From Candidatus Saccharimonadota bacterium (GTDB taxonomy: Bacteria > Bacteroidota > Bacteroidia > Flavobacteriales > Blattabacteriaceae): DNA of 32,000 nt. The DNA lies in assembly GCF_000709555.1 (NCBI RefSeq), contig NZ_CP006873.1:120001-152000 (forward strand), given 5' to 3'. Made by a program: the position numbers and the translations under genes. Shown here piece after piece: positions 18,829-28,043 of the stretch. The notes beneath the pieces were generated by a model, which saw only the letters and a program-made list of their open reading frames with translations, was not told where the DNA came from and did no database searches. Numbering within the stretch: position 1 is the stretch's first letter; the number at the start of each line of letters is the position of its first letter.

Positions 18829-19541
18829 AAGAAAATATTTGAGGGCAGACAATATACCTTAAACACGTCTGAAAAAATATTCTGGAACTCAAAAATAACT
18901 TTTTCCATAGAAAATTTCCGTCCTAATTCTTGATACATTGAACTGACTCCTTTTCCTTTTATCCCACAAGGGATAATCTGATTAAAATAACTAAGATCAG
19001 TATTAATGTTTAACGCCAATCCATGCATACTAACCCAATTACTCATTTTAATACCTAGAGCACATATTTTTCGTGCCGAAGACTTTCCTACATCCAACCA
19101 AACTCCTGTTTCTCCTAATAATCTGTCACAAGACAATCCGTATAGAGATAATAAACGAATGACAACTTCTTCTAAATCACGTAAAAATTTATGTATATCT
19201 CTAAAAACAGATTCTAAATCTAATATAGGATAAACTACCAGTTGTCCAGGACCATGGTAAGTCACATTACCGCCTCTGTCAATTTGGTAAAAACGGGCTC
19301 CTAATTGGTTCAGACGCTTTGTAGATAATAAAATGTAATCGTCATATTTAGCTTTTCTACCTAAAGTATAAACATGCGGATGTTCGGCTAATAAAAGATA
19401 ACCGACATTTCTTTGAGAAACATCTTTAAAAGACAGACATTTTTTTTTATTGATAAGTTGTTGAAACAGATATTTTTGATATTCCCAAGACTTTAAATAA
19501 TCTATAAGACCTAAATTATTTACCCAAACAATTTTTTTCAT
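18822..19541 (-). CDS. lipB: Octanoyl (lipoyl) transferase LipB
   Basis: 239-aa ORF. Motifs are LLLAEHPHVYTLGRKA, QIDRGGNVTYHGPGQLVVYPILDL, KICALGIKMSNWVSMHGLALNIN and IIPCGI. The 3' end overlaps the hisS pseudogene end by 7 nt. Confidence 0.92.
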   Translation of the reverse strand: MKKIVWVNNLGLIDYLKSWEYQKYLFQQLINKKKCLSFKDVSQRNVGYLLLAEHPHVYTLGRKAKYDDYILLSTKRLNQLGARFYQIDRGGNVTYHGPGQLVVYPILDLESVFRDIHKFLRDLEEVVIRLLSLYGLSCDRLLGETGVWLDVGKSSARKICALGIKMSNWVSMHGLALNINTDLSYFNQIIPCGIKGKGVSSMYQELGRKFSMEKVIFEFQNIFSDVFKVYCLPSNIFFH

Positions 19542-19613
19542 TGTTCAAACATAAAATCTCCTCCGAGAGCAATTTTTACGTATTAGACGCTCTTAAAAAA
19601 ACCGACATAAGTG

Positions 19614-19988
19614 TTATTCGACCCTCTCTGCTAAAGAGGAGTTTCTTTTTTCTTTTATATACGATTTTTTACCTCTTAGTTTAGAAAAGTAATAAATTTT
19701 TGATCGTCTTACTTTTCCTTTTTTATTAACTTCTATTTTTTTAATATTAGGTTGGCTTATTATAAATAAACGTTCAACTCCCACGTCTCCACTCATTTTT
19801 CTAACAGAAAAAGTGGCTGTATAACCTTCTCCTTTTTTTTTAATGACTACTCCTTTAAAGGATTGGACCCGAATTTTTGATCCTTCTTTTATTTCATAAA
19901 ATACAGTAATGGTATCTCCAGTATTAAAATTAGGACTCTCTTTTTTAGAAAGATATTTTTCTTGGACATATTTTATGAGTGTGTGCAT
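19614..19988 (-). CDS. rplS: 50S ribosomal protein L19
   Basis: The ORF-track frame is 19614..20021. The homologous L19 N-terminus starts at Met12 (MHTLIKYVQEKYLSKKESPNFNTGDTITV...RVQSFKGVVIKKKG...TFSVRKMSGDVGVERLF), which puts the ATG at 19988. Confidence 0.92.
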   Translation of the reverse strand: MHTLIKYVQEKYLSKKESPNFNTGDTITVFYEIKEGSKIRVQSFKGVVIKKKGEGYTATFSVRKMSGDVGVERLFIISQPNIKKIEVNKKGKVRRSKIYYFSKLRGKKSYIKEKRNSSLAERVE

Positions 19989-20101
19989 GGCGTAAAAAAA
20001 ACATTTGAAACAAATATACATCTTAAAAAAATGACCATGGTAATTATTGATCGTGGTTATTAATAAATTGTCGTTCTATTTTTATTCTTCTTGGCAAGAT
20101 A

Positions 20102-20109
20102 TAATTTTG
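20102..20109 (+). promoter_or_regulatory. Exact match to the Bacteroidota -7 promoter consensus TAnnTTTG (TAATTTTG), just upstream of tRNA-Arg
   Basis: The motif ends 7 nt before the mature tRNA 5' end (20116). There is no convincing -33 TTTG at the expected spacing. In DNA this AT-rich the motif should occur by chance dozens of times per 32 kb, so support is weak. Confidence 0.2.
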
Positions 20110-20115
20110 CAGTCA

Positions 20116-20190
20116 GGCCTCGTAGCTTAATTGGACAGAGCATCTGACTACGGATCAGAAGGTTTGTGGGTTCGACTCCCTCCGAGGTCA
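20116..20190 (+). tRNA. tRNA-Arg (anticodon ACG)
   Basis: Hand-folded. The acceptor is GGCCTCG/CGAGGTC (one G-U), the D arm is GCTT-AATTGGACA-GAGC, and the anticodon arm is TCTGA-CTACGGA-TCAGA. The T arm is GTGGG-TTCGACT-CCCTC (one U-U mismatch), with a 6-nt variable region and discriminator A. Confidence 0.88.
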
Positions 20191-20530
20191 CACAATAATT
20201 AGTTATTTATCAAAACGTTATGCAAAAGTTTCCTAATTCTGTCTTGTAATGTTCGCAGATCTATAAATAAGGGATGATTTACAATTTCTTCCCGAATAAT
20301 GCTGTATATTTGCTCAGAACCAATAATACGTTTATCGTAGATATCGTCGGATGACGTAAAGTGATGTCTGTAACTACTCACTCTAGGGTTGTAGGAATAC
20401 TACTTTATTATAGCACCAATCGAATTCCTTTTTGTCTAACCTTAAATTAGAAGAGCCTTCGTAAGGAACTTTACGAACATACTAAGCGTTCACCTAAGCC
20501 CTTATGATTGGTAGAAACGGATTCAACGAG

Positions 20531-20614
20531 TGCTGTATGCATTATGCTGTATGCATTATGCTGTATGCATTATGCTGTATGCATTATGCTGTATGCATTA
20601 TGCTGTATGCATTA
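20531..20614. repeat. Perfect tandem repeat, 6.0 copies of a 14-bp unit TGCTGTATGCATTA
   Basis: Read directly: six identical head-to-tail units at 20531, 20545, 20559, 20573, 20587 and 20601. Each contains the palindrome ATGCAT. The unit length is not a multiple of 3. The array is non-coding and lies 97 bp upstream of the lon ATG. Confidence 0.98.
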
Positions 20615-20711
20615 GAGCAAAAAAATTCTCACTATATTTTAAGAGTATAGACAACCTTTTTTCTCCTAAAAATACTTAAAGAGGACGGGTTGAATGTAAA
20701 AAAAATGAACG

Positions 20712-23138
20712 ATGAAATATATTGAAAATCAAATCATAAACATTTTAGAATCGTATTTTGAACCTGAGACAGAATTTATTCCTTTGATAAATCAGGATGA
20801 GGAAGAACCTCTACTAAAAGAGGGAGGGGTTCCAGAACAAATTACTATTTTACCAGTCCGAAACGTTGTTTTGTTCCCTGGAGTAGTTATTCCTATTACA
20901 GCTGGACGCACTCGTTCTATTCAATTACTTCAAGATACTTACCGTGCAGACAAAACAGTAGGAGTACTTACCCAGAAAGATATGAATATAGACCAACCTA
21001 CTGAAAAAGACTTGCATCCTATTGGAACAGTATCTCAGATTTTAAAACTATTAAAAATGCCAGATGGCAATACTACAGTAATTCTTCAGGGAAAACACCG
21101 ATTTCTCATTAAGCAATTCATTCAAGAAAAACCCTATTTCAAAGCTGAAATTTTCCCATTACAAGAACTACATCCTCTTCTTGATGATAAAGAATATCTT
21201 ACTTTAGTCGAATCCATAAAAGAGTTAGCTATCAAAATTATACAAGAAAACACCAACATCCCATCTGAAGCAAATTTTGCTATTAGAAACATAGAAAACC
21301 CTTCATTTATGATTAATTTTGTGGCAGCTAATATGGGTTTCCCTATCAAAGATAAACAAAATCTTCTAAATGAAAACGATATAAAAAAAAGAGCGGTAAA
21401 AACCTATCGTTTTTTGAGCATAGAACATCAGCAAATCCGTCTGAAAAATGAGATTCAATCTCGAGTTCGTAGCGATATGGACCAACAACAACGGGAATAT
21501 TTTCTCCAACAGCAAATCAAGGCTATACAAGAGGAATTGGGTGATCTTTCTGATGAAAAAGAAATTGAAGAGATGCGGACTAAGGCTGCGAGAAAAAAAT
21601 GGCCTAAGGAAGTATCTGAACAATTTGAGAAGGAACTTTACAAGTTCCAAAGGAGTAATTATCAAATGCCTGAATATCCTGTACAACGCAATTATTTAGA
21701 TCTAATGCTTGATTTACCTTGGAAAAAATATTCGAAAGACCATTTTGATTTATATAGAGTGCAGAAAATTCTTGACAGAGAACATGCTGGACTTGAGAAA
21801 GTCAAAGAGAGAATTATTGAACATTTAGCTGTATTAAAGCTACGTGCGGATATGCGTTCTCCTATTCTATGTTTCTATGGGCCTCCTGGGGTTGGAAAAA
21901 CTTCTCTAGGAAAATCTATTGCTTCCGCACTTAAAAGAAAATACGTCCGTATTTCATTAGGAGGGATGTACGATGAAGCTGAAATTCGCGGACATCGTAG
22001 AACTTATATAGGAGCTATGCCAGGACGAATATTACAATCTATAAAAAAATCAAAAACTTCTAATCCTGTTTTTGTTTTAGATGAAATTGATAAAATGTGT
22101 TCTGGAGCACATGGAGATCCTTCATCAGCTATGCTTGAAGTCTTAGATACGGAACAGAATACTTCTTTTTACGATAATTTTTTAGAATTAGGTTATGATC
22201 TTTCTAAGGTGTTTTTTATAGCTACTGCCAACTCACTTTCTAGCATAGACTCTCCGCTTTTAGATCGTATGGAAATCATTGAAATAAATGGATATACTAT
22301 TGAAGAAAAAATAGAAATTTCTTACAAACATATACTGCCAAAACAATTAAAAGCTCATGGGTTAAAAAGAACTGATTTAATACTGGTAAAAAAACAATTT
22401 GAAAAAGTTATCGAAAGTTATACAAAAGAATCCGGGGTCAGAGAGTTAGAAAAACAGTTTGCTAAGTTGGCTAGACATGCAGCTAAAAATATTGCGATAG
22501 GAAATACATTTTCAAAACGATTGAGTGTAGAGGATATCGAAAAAATATTAGGAGGACCTAAAGATATAGAACGTTATGAAGGAGAGAGCATACCAATTGG
22601 TGTTGTTACTGGATTAGCTTGGACTAGTACAGGTGGTGATATTCTTTATATTGAATCTATTCTTTCACAAGGAAAAGGTCTATTAAGTATTACTGGAAAC
22701 CTGGGAGAAATTATGAAAGAGTCTGCTACTATTGCGTTACAATACATAAAAGCTCACTATCAGGAGTTTAATATAGATCCCAATCTGTTTTCAAAAAAAA
22801 ATATCCATATTCACGTTCCTGAAGGTGCTGTTCCGAAAGATGGCCCATCGGCTGGTATTACTATGCTTGCTTCCTTGATATCAAGTTATACAGGGAGAAA
22901 AGTAAAACCTGATTTAGCAATGACAGGTGAAATTACTTTACGAGGAAGAGTATTGCCTGTGGGAGGCATTAAAGAAAAAATATTGGCAGCGAAACGTTAC
23001 TGCATTAAGGAGATCATTCTTTCTCATCAAAATAGAAAAGATATTGCTGATATTAAGAAAGAATATCTGGAGGGCTTGACGTTTTTTTACGTGAAAGATA
23101 TGAAAGAAGTAATCGATATTGCTTTAATGAAAAATTAG
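20712..23138 (+). CDS. lon: ATP-dependent Lon protease
   Basis: 808-aa ORF. It has an N-terminal LON domain ([17 protein letters not shown]), AAA+ Walker [16 protein letters not shown], Walker B FVLDEIDK, and the protease catalytic serine context [17 protein letters not shown] with the downstream lysine ([12 protein letters not shown]). Confidence 0.97.
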   Translation: MKYIENQIINILESYFEPETEFIPLINQDEEEPLLKEGGVPEQITILPVRNVVLFPGVVIPITAGRTRSIQLLQDTYRADKTVGVLTQKDMNIDQPTEKDLHPIGTVSQILKLLKMPDGNTTVILQGKHRFLIKQFIQEKPYFKAEIFPLQELHPLLDDKEYLTLVESIKELAIKIIQENTNIPSEANFAIRNIENPSFMINFVAANMGFPIKDKQNLLNENDIKKRAVKTYRFLSIEHQQIRLKNEIQSRVRSDMDQQQREYFLQQQIKAIQEELGDLSDEKEIEEMRTKAARKKWPKEVSEQFEKELYKFQRSNYQMPEYPVQRNYLDLMLDLPWKKYSKDHFDLYRVQKILDREHAGLEKVKERIIEHLAVLKLRADMRSPILCFYGPPGVGKTSLGKSIASALKRKYVRISLGGMYDEAEIRGHRRTYIGAMPGRILQSIKKSKTSNPVFVLDEIDKMCSGAHGDPSSAMLEVLDTEQNTSFYDNFLELGYDLSKVFFIATANSLSSIDSPLLDRMEIIEINGYTIEEKIEISYKHILPKQLKAHGLKRTDLILVKKQFEKVIESYTKESGVRELEKQFAKLARHAAKNIAIGNTFSKRLSVEDIEKILGGPKDIERYEGESIPIGVVTGLAWTSTGGDILYIESILSQGKGLLSITGNLGEIMKESATIALQYIKAHYQEFNIDPNLFSKKNIHIHVPEGAVPKDGPSAGITMLASLISSYTGRKVKPDLAMTGEITLRGRVLPVGGIKEKILAAKRYCIKEIILSHQNRKDIADIKKEYLEGLTFFYVKDMKEVIDIALMKN

Positions 23139-23143
23139 TATAC

Positions 23144-24382
23144 ATGAAAAAATTAGAAAATTTCTCATATACTCTAGATGTAGAACTATTACGAACTTTA
23201 GCAGAAAAGTATGGGACTCCCCTATATGTATACGATGCTGAGAAAATGATGAATCAGTATGAAAAAATAAAGCAAGCCTTTTCTTGTATAGATAAACTTG
23301 GAATACACTATGCTAGCAAAGCTAACACGAATATAAATATTTTAAAATTATTTAAAAAAAAAGGAATAGGATTAGATACTGTTTCTATTCAAGAGGTAGA
23401 GATTGGAATAATGGCCGGATTTCCCCCAAAACAAATTATATATACTCCTAATGGAGTCTCTATGGAGGAGATAATAAAAGCGAAAGAATTTGGGGTCCGG
23501 ATTCACATAGATAATCTTTCTCTATTGGAGCAATTTGGACAAGAATTCTCTTTAGATTATCCTATAGGGATTCGTCTTAATCCACATATTGTGGGTGGAG
23601 GTAATGAAAAAATTTCTGTTGGACATATCGATTCTAAATTTGGGATTTCTTACTATCAATTTCCCCATATAAAACGGATTGTAGAAAATACTAAGTTAAA
23701 AGTAGAAGGACTTCATATGCATACAGGCTCTGATATATTGGATGTAGAAATTTTTTTAAGAGGTGCTGATATTTTATTCGATGCAGCTATCAAATTCAAA
23801 GATCTAGAATATATAGATTTTGGCAGCGGTTTTAAAGTATCTTATAACCCGGGAGATGTACCAACAGATATTCAAAAGTTAGGACCTTTATTAGGTAAAA
23901 AAGTTAATAAATTTTATAAAGAATATGGGAAAACACTTTGTTTAGTGTTTGAACCTGGAAAATTTATCCTGAGTGAATCAGGTTATTTTCTTGTCAAAGT
24001 AAATACTATTAAACAAACTATTTCATCAGTTTTTGCTTGTGTAAATTCAGGTTTTAATCACTTTATTCGACCAATGTTTTACAATGCTTATCATAACATA
24101 GAAAATATTTCTAATCCGTCAGGACGTGTTCGTTTATATACAGTGGTCGGATATATATGCGAAGCAGATACTTTTGGTTTAAATCATCAAATCAGTGAAA
24201 TTCATGAGGGAGATATTCTATGTTTTAGTAACGCCGGAGCTTATTGTTTTTGTATGTCCTCAAATTATAATTCGAGATATCGTCCAGCCGAAGTGATGAT
24301 TTATAAAAAACAGGATTATCTAATCAGACAAAGAGAAACTATTCAAGATCTATTAAGAAATATAGTGGAAATAACTCTATAA
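23144..24382 (+). CDS. lysA: Diaminopimelate decarboxylase
   Basis: 412-aa ORF. The PLP-lysine context is [15 protein letters not shown]. Other matches are GLHMHTGS, the EPGKF active-site loop, and a C-terminal beta-barrel region (GYICEADTF...[22 protein letters not shown]). Confidence 0.94.
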   Translation: MKKLENFSYTLDVELLRTLAEKYGTPLYVYDAEKMMNQYEKIKQAFSCIDKLGIHYASKANTNINILKLFKKKGIGLDTVSIQEVEIGIMAGFPPKQIIYTPNGVSMEEIIKAKEFGVRIHIDNLSLLEQFGQEFSLDYPIGIRLNPHIVGGGNEKISVGHIDSKFGISYYQFPHIKRIVENTKLKVEGLHMHTGSDILDVEIFLRGADILFDAAIKFKDLEYIDFGSGFKVSYNPGDVPTDIQKLGPLLGKKVNKFYKEYGKTLCLVFEPGKFILSESGYFLVKVNTIKQTISSVFACVNSGFNHFIRPMFYNAYHNIENISNPSGRVRLYTVVGYICEADTFGLNHQISEIHEGDILCFSNAGAYCFCMSSNYNSRYRPAEVMIYKKQDYLIRQRETIQDLLRNIVEITL

Positions 24383-24391
24383 GAGAGAGTT

Positions 24392-24476
24392 GGAGAGGTG
24401 GCAGAGTGGTTAATTGCGGTGGTCTTGAAAACCATTGAGAGTAACATCTCCGGGGGTTCGAATCCCTCCTTCTCCG
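24392..24476 (+). tRNA. tRNA-Ser (anticodon TGA), type II with long variable arm
   Basis: Hand-folded. The acceptor is GGAGAGG/CTTCTCC (one G-U) and the anticodon arm is GTGGT-CTTGAAA-ACCAT. The long variable arm is TGAGAGTAACATCTC, the T arm is GGGGG-TTCGAAT-CCCTC, and the discriminator is G. Confidence 0.88.
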
Positions 24477-24486
24477 CAAGATTTTA

Positions 24487-24561
24487 GGACATTTAGCTCA
24501 GTTGGTTAAGAGCAATACCTTGACAGGGTATAGGTCATCGGTTCAATTCCGATAATGTCCA
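24487..24561 (+). tRNA. tRNA-Val (anticodon GAC)
   Basis: Hand-folded. The acceptor is GGACATT/AATGTCC, the D arm is GCTC-AGTTGGTTAA-GAGC, and the anticodon arm is ATACC-TTGACAG-GGTAT (perfect stem). The T arm is ATCGG-TTCAATT-CCGAT and the discriminator is A. Confidence 0.82.
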
Positions 24562-24597
24562 CGAGATAAATTTTTTACTGAACGTATTTAAAATGAG

Positions 24598-24672
24598 TGG
24601 GCAGTACTGGATTCGAACCAGTGACCTCCTACTTGTAAGGTAGATGCTCTAACCCAGCTGAGCTAACCGCCC
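24598..24672 (-). tRNA. tRNA-Val (anticodon TAC)
   Basis: The reverse complement folds as acceptor GGGCGGT/ACTGCCC (one G-U), D arm GCTC-AGCTGGGTTA-GAGC and anticodon arm TCTAC-CTTACAA-GTAGG. The T arm is ACTGG-TTCGAAT-CCAGT and the discriminator is A. Confidence 0.85.
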
Positions 24673-24892
24673 TTTTACAAAGATAACATATTTTTCGATT
24701 CCTTCAGTTAATCCAACGTGCATCGTTTTATTCTAGCTGGAGAGAGGACGACGTTGTTGATCACTCCAACTACCTATTTTGATGCTGACGAAGGAACTAA
24801 CTACGTTTACAGTAAGAAAATAGTAGTGAGCAGTCTGGCAATTAGAGGATGCATATTTTTATTACGCACATAGGTTTCGTGTCTCTCTATCT

Positions 24893-26848
24893 TTAATTTT
24901 TACGGTGTACATATCTTGTTAAACGTTCTTGTCCTATTTCTTCTATAAAACGACTAGGGAAACCGCCCCAACGATGACGAGTTGTCGCGTAACTTAAAAT
25001 GACCTGTTTCTTAGCTCGGGTTAGAGCTACATAAAAAAGACGTCTTTCTTCTTCAAGATTAGCAGAATTTTTTACGCTAAGCATAGATGGAAAAAGATTT
25101 TCTTCCATACCCACTATAAAAATGATCGTAAATTCTAATCCTTTTGATAGGTGAACAGTCATAAGAGAAACCCGATCATCATCAGTTTTTTCTATATCGC
25201 TAGCTAAGGCAATATTTTTTAAAAAAACAGAGAGTGAGTTATCTCCATAACCGAGGCGTTCAGAGACAGAGGCCTGTATACTGTTTATAAATTCTTGGAC
25301 ATTTTCATAGCGGGAAAGACCTTCAGTCGGATTGTCTTTACATAAATCACTCAGGAAATCAGAAGTTTTAACCACTTCTTTAGCAGTAGCATACGCTCCT
25401 TCAGCTAATTTGATAGAACAATGTTTGATAATTACAAAAAACTCTTTCAGTTTGGCGGTTATTCTTTTATGAATACACATCTCTTTCGCATAAAAAGAGA
25501 TATTATTTAATACTTCATACAGTGTTTTTCCATGGTTTTTTGCAGTTACAAGAAGTTTATTAATAGTAGATGGTCCTATTCCACGAGGTGGATAGTTGAT
25601 AATCCTAAGAAGAGCTTCCTCATCGTTTGGATTTACCAAAATCCGGAGATAAGCAAGTAAATCTTTAATTTCTTTTCTTTGATAAAAAGAAATCCCTCCA
25701 TAGATTTTATAGGGAATCTTCTTTTTGTTAAGAGACTCTTCCAGGGCTCTTGACTGAGCATTGGTCCGGTAAAGAATAGCGAAATCCTTGTTCTGTAATT
25801 TATATTGCAATTTTATTTCAAAAAGGGTATTTGCTACAAAATCACCTTCCTCTTTATCAGAAAGAGCACCATAAAATTTAATTTTTTCTCCTTTTTCGTT
25901 ATTAGTCCAATTTTTTTTAGACATCTGTTCCTTATTACAAGCAATGACATTATTAGCGGCCTGTACAATATGTACAGTAGATCTATAATTCTGTTCTAAT
26001 CGAAAAATTTTAGCATAGGGATAATCCAACTGGAAATTTTGTATATTTTTAATATTTGCTCCACGAAAAGCATAAATACTTTGTGCATCATCCCCTACTA
26101 CAAATAGGTTTTTATAACGAGAGGCTAAAGCTCTGATGATAAGATATTGAGAGTAATTTGTGTCTTGATACTCATCTACAAGAATATATTTGAACTGTTC
26201 TTGGTACTTGGATAACACCTCTGGAAAACGGGTGAAGAGTTCATTCGTACGTAATAGAATATCATCAAAATCCATAGCACCGTATTTAAAACAACGATCT
26301 ATATAGGCTTGGTAAATATATCCTATACGGTTAGCGTTTTGTGAATGACGTGTAAAATTATCAAAGTAATTCTGGACGGTTATCAAATTGTTTTTTAGCC
26401 TCGAAATTCGAGAAAGAACTGTTTTAGGTTTAGAAAAACATTTTTCTAAATGTAGCTCTTCAATGATTTTTTTAATGACGTGTTCAGCGTCTTTCTGATC
26501 ATAAATCGTATAATCTGAAGGATATCCTAAACGATAAATTTCTGTATGGAGTATTCGAGCAAATACTGAATGAAAAGTCCCAATACACAGATTTTGAATG
26601 TTGATATTTCCTGTTAAATGAGCAATCCGTTGCTTCATTTCTCTAGCAGATTTATTGGTAAAAGTCAGTGCTAGTATATGCAACGGATCAATACCTTGAT
26701 TCATCAAATGAGCAATCCTATAAGTAAGTATCCGAGTTTTTCCTGAACCCGCTCCCGCAATCACTATGATAGGTCCTGTTACAGTAGTAACAATTTTTAA
26801 TTGAATAGGATTCAGATCGGCTATATAATTAAATTTCATACGAAACAT
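24893..26848 (-). CDS. UvrD/Rep/PcrA-family ATP-dependent DNA helicase (superfamily 1)
   Basis: 651-aa ORF. It carries motif I AGAGSGKTRILTYRIAHL, motif Ia LALTFTNKSAREM, motif II LVDEYQDTN, motif III VGDDAQSIYAFRGA, motif V/VI contexts VSLMTVHLSKGLEF and YVALTRAKKQVILSY, and a C-terminal PSRFIEEI. The start could instead be Met4 (26839). It is somewhat short for the family. Confidence 0.9.
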   Translation of the reverse strand: MFRMKFNYIADLNPIQLKIVTTVTGPIIVIAGAGSGKTRILTYRIAHLMNQGIDPLHILALTFTNKSAREMKQRIAHLTGNINIQNLCIGTFHSVFARILHTEIYRLGYPSDYTIYDQKDAEHVIKKIIEELHLEKCFSKPKTVLSRISRLKNNLITVQNYFDNFTRHSQNANRIGYIYQAYIDRCFKYGAMDFDDILLRTNELFTRFPEVLSKYQEQFKYILVDEYQDTNYSQYLIIRALASRYKNLFVVGDDAQSIYAFRGANIKNIQNFQLDYPYAKIFRLEQNYRSTVHIVQAANNVIACNKEQMSKKNWTNNEKGEKIKFYGALSDKEEGDFVANTLFEIKLQYKLQNKDFAILYRTNAQSRALEESLNKKKIPYKIYGGISFYQRKEIKDLLAYLRILVNPNDEEALLRIINYPPRGIGPSTINKLLVTAKNHGKTLYEVLNNISFYAKEMCIHKRITAKLKEFFVIIKHCSIKLAEGAYATAKEVVKTSDFLSDLCKDNPTEGLSRYENVQEFINSIQASVSERLGYGDNSLSVFLKNIALASDIEKTDDDRVSLMTVHLSKGLEFTIIFIVGMEENLFPSMLSVKNSANLEEERRLFYVALTRAKKQVILSYATTRHRWGGFPSRFIEEIGQERLTRYVHRKN

Positions 26849-26954
26849 TAATTAGGTCCACGAAAGTATTACAGCGATTAAAAATGTGCTATGCGTTCGT
26901 ATGCTTCATTTAACTTCTATCGTGTACGATAAGATGAGGAGGACGAACAACAGC

Positions 26955-28001
26955 TCAGTTTTCTTTTCCAGGTCTAAGTCGTCGTATAGTATCCCCTACT
27001 TCCCAAAGTTCACTTTTTCTCAATTCCTCAAGTTCTTCTTGAAGTTGTTCTTTATAATTATTTTGGAGATTGGATGTGATAGTGCGCTCAGCCTCATTTC
27101 CTGAGGCTACTTCTTGGTAAAGTTCTTGAAAAACAGGCATCACAGCATCTTTAAATCTTTTCCACCAGTCTAAAGCTCCTCTTTGAGCAGTAGTTGAACA
27201 ATTAGAATACATCCATTCCATCCCATTTTCTCCAATAAGAGGCATCAAACTTTCGGTCAATTCTTCAACCGTTTCGTTAAAGGACTCTGAAGGAGAATGA
27301 CCATGGTCACGTAAGATTTGATATTGAGCAGAAAAAATTCCCTGGATAGCTCCCATCAAAGAACCCCTTTCTCCTACAAGATCTGAAAACACCTCATTTC
27401 TAAAATTAGTTTCAAACATATAACCAGAACCTATAGCGATTCCTATTGCAAAAGTCTTTTCCTTAGCACTACCGCTATAGTCTTGATAAATAGCATAGCT
27501 CGAATTAATTCCTGTACCTTTTAGAAATAACCTTCTAACACTAGTCCCAGAGCCTTTAGGAGCAACTAGAAAAACATCAATGTCTTTAGGAGGATAAATC
27601 CCTGTTTTATTTTGAAAAGTAATACCAAATCCATGAGAAAAATATAGAGATTTCCCAGTAGTCAGATACTTCTTAAGTAAAGGCCATACCGAAATTTGTC
27701 CTGCGTCAGACAACAAATTCATAATAATTGTACCACGACTAACGGCTTCTTCTATCTCAAATAGATTCTTTCCTTCTATCCAACCGTCTTTCAAAGCTTT
27801 TTCCCATGAAAAAGAATTTTTCCTCTGTCCTATAATTACAGTAAAACCATTATCCCTCAGATTTAAAGCCTGTCCAGTACCTTGGATCCCATATCCTATT
27901 ACAGATAGGATTTCATCTTTCAAGATTTTTTTTGCCCTTTCTAAAGAAAATTCATTTCTCAGAAGAACATTTTCTTCCATGGGGCCAAATTTAATTTTCA
28001 C
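26955..28001 (-). CDS. ilvC: Ketol-acid reductoisomerase
   Basis: 348-aa ORF starting at a GTG (28001-27999). From memory, the N-terminus (M)KIKFGPMEENVLLRNEF aligns with Bacteroidota IlvC N-termini, which supports the GTG start. Motifs are IGYGIQGTGQALNLRDNG (NADP site), GSGYMFETNFRNEVFSDLVGERGSLMGAIQG and NCSTTAQRGALDW. Confidence 0.92.
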   Translation of the reverse strand: MKIKFGPMEENVLLRNEFSLERAKKILKDEILSVIGYGIQGTGQALNLRDNGFTVIIGQRKNSFSWEKALKDGWIEGKNLFEIEEAVSRGTIIMNLLSDAGQISVWPLLKKYLTTGKSLYFSHGFGITFQNKTGIYPPKDIDVFLVAPKGSGTSVRRLFLKGTGINSSYAIYQDYSGSAKEKTFAIGIAIGSGYMFETNFRNEVFSDLVGERGSLMGAIQGIFSAQYQILRDHGHSPSESFNETVEELTESLMPLIGENGMEWMYSNCSTTAQRGALDWWKRFKDAVMPVFQELYQEVASGNEAERTITSNLQNNYKEQLQEELEELRKSELWEVGDTIRRLRPGKEN

Positions 28002-28011
28002 CTTTATTAAG

Positions 28012-28043
28012 TTTATATTTATATTTATATTTATATTTATATT
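28012..28043. repeat. Hexanucleotide microsatellite (TTTATA)5 plus a partial unit, filling the ilvH-ilvC spacer
   Basis: Read directly: five perfect TTTATA units at 28012-28041, then TT(A). On the coding (minus) strand this is (TATAAA)n. The last bases form the ilvH stop codon (28042-28044). Confidence 0.95.

Noticed and set aside
19989-20021. N-terminal extensions offered by the ORF track: rplS to 20021, ilvB to 29982, secA to 6678, and the DUF2795 gene to 6955
   Set aside because: The extra residues (for example MYICFKCFFYA before L19) have no counterpart in homologs. Internal ATGs match the conserved N-termini, and for ilvB the internal ATG forms an ATGA junction with the ilvD stop.
20531-20614. 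Possible CRISPR array
   Set aside because: The 14-bp units are directly abutting with no spacers and are far shorter than CRISPR repeats. There are no cas genes in the window. It is a simple tandem repeat.
20531-20614. Possible LexA/SOS-box-like sites (CTGT...)
   Set aside because: CTGT recurs as a direct repeat (CTGT-N10-CTGT). It is not the inverted CTGT-N8-ACAG arrangement, so there is no support for an SOS box.
23100-23160. Lysine riboswitch upstream of lysA (the dapA leader is treated as a separate finding)
   Set aside because: lysA starts 5 nt after the lon stop, which leaves no room for a leader.
26886-27104. 72-aa + strand ORF spanning the helicase-ilvC spacer and the ilvC 3' end, and 31479-31721 (+) spanning the ilvD 5' end
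   Set aside because: Both are largely antisense to conserved genes and have low-complexity products. Judged spurious.
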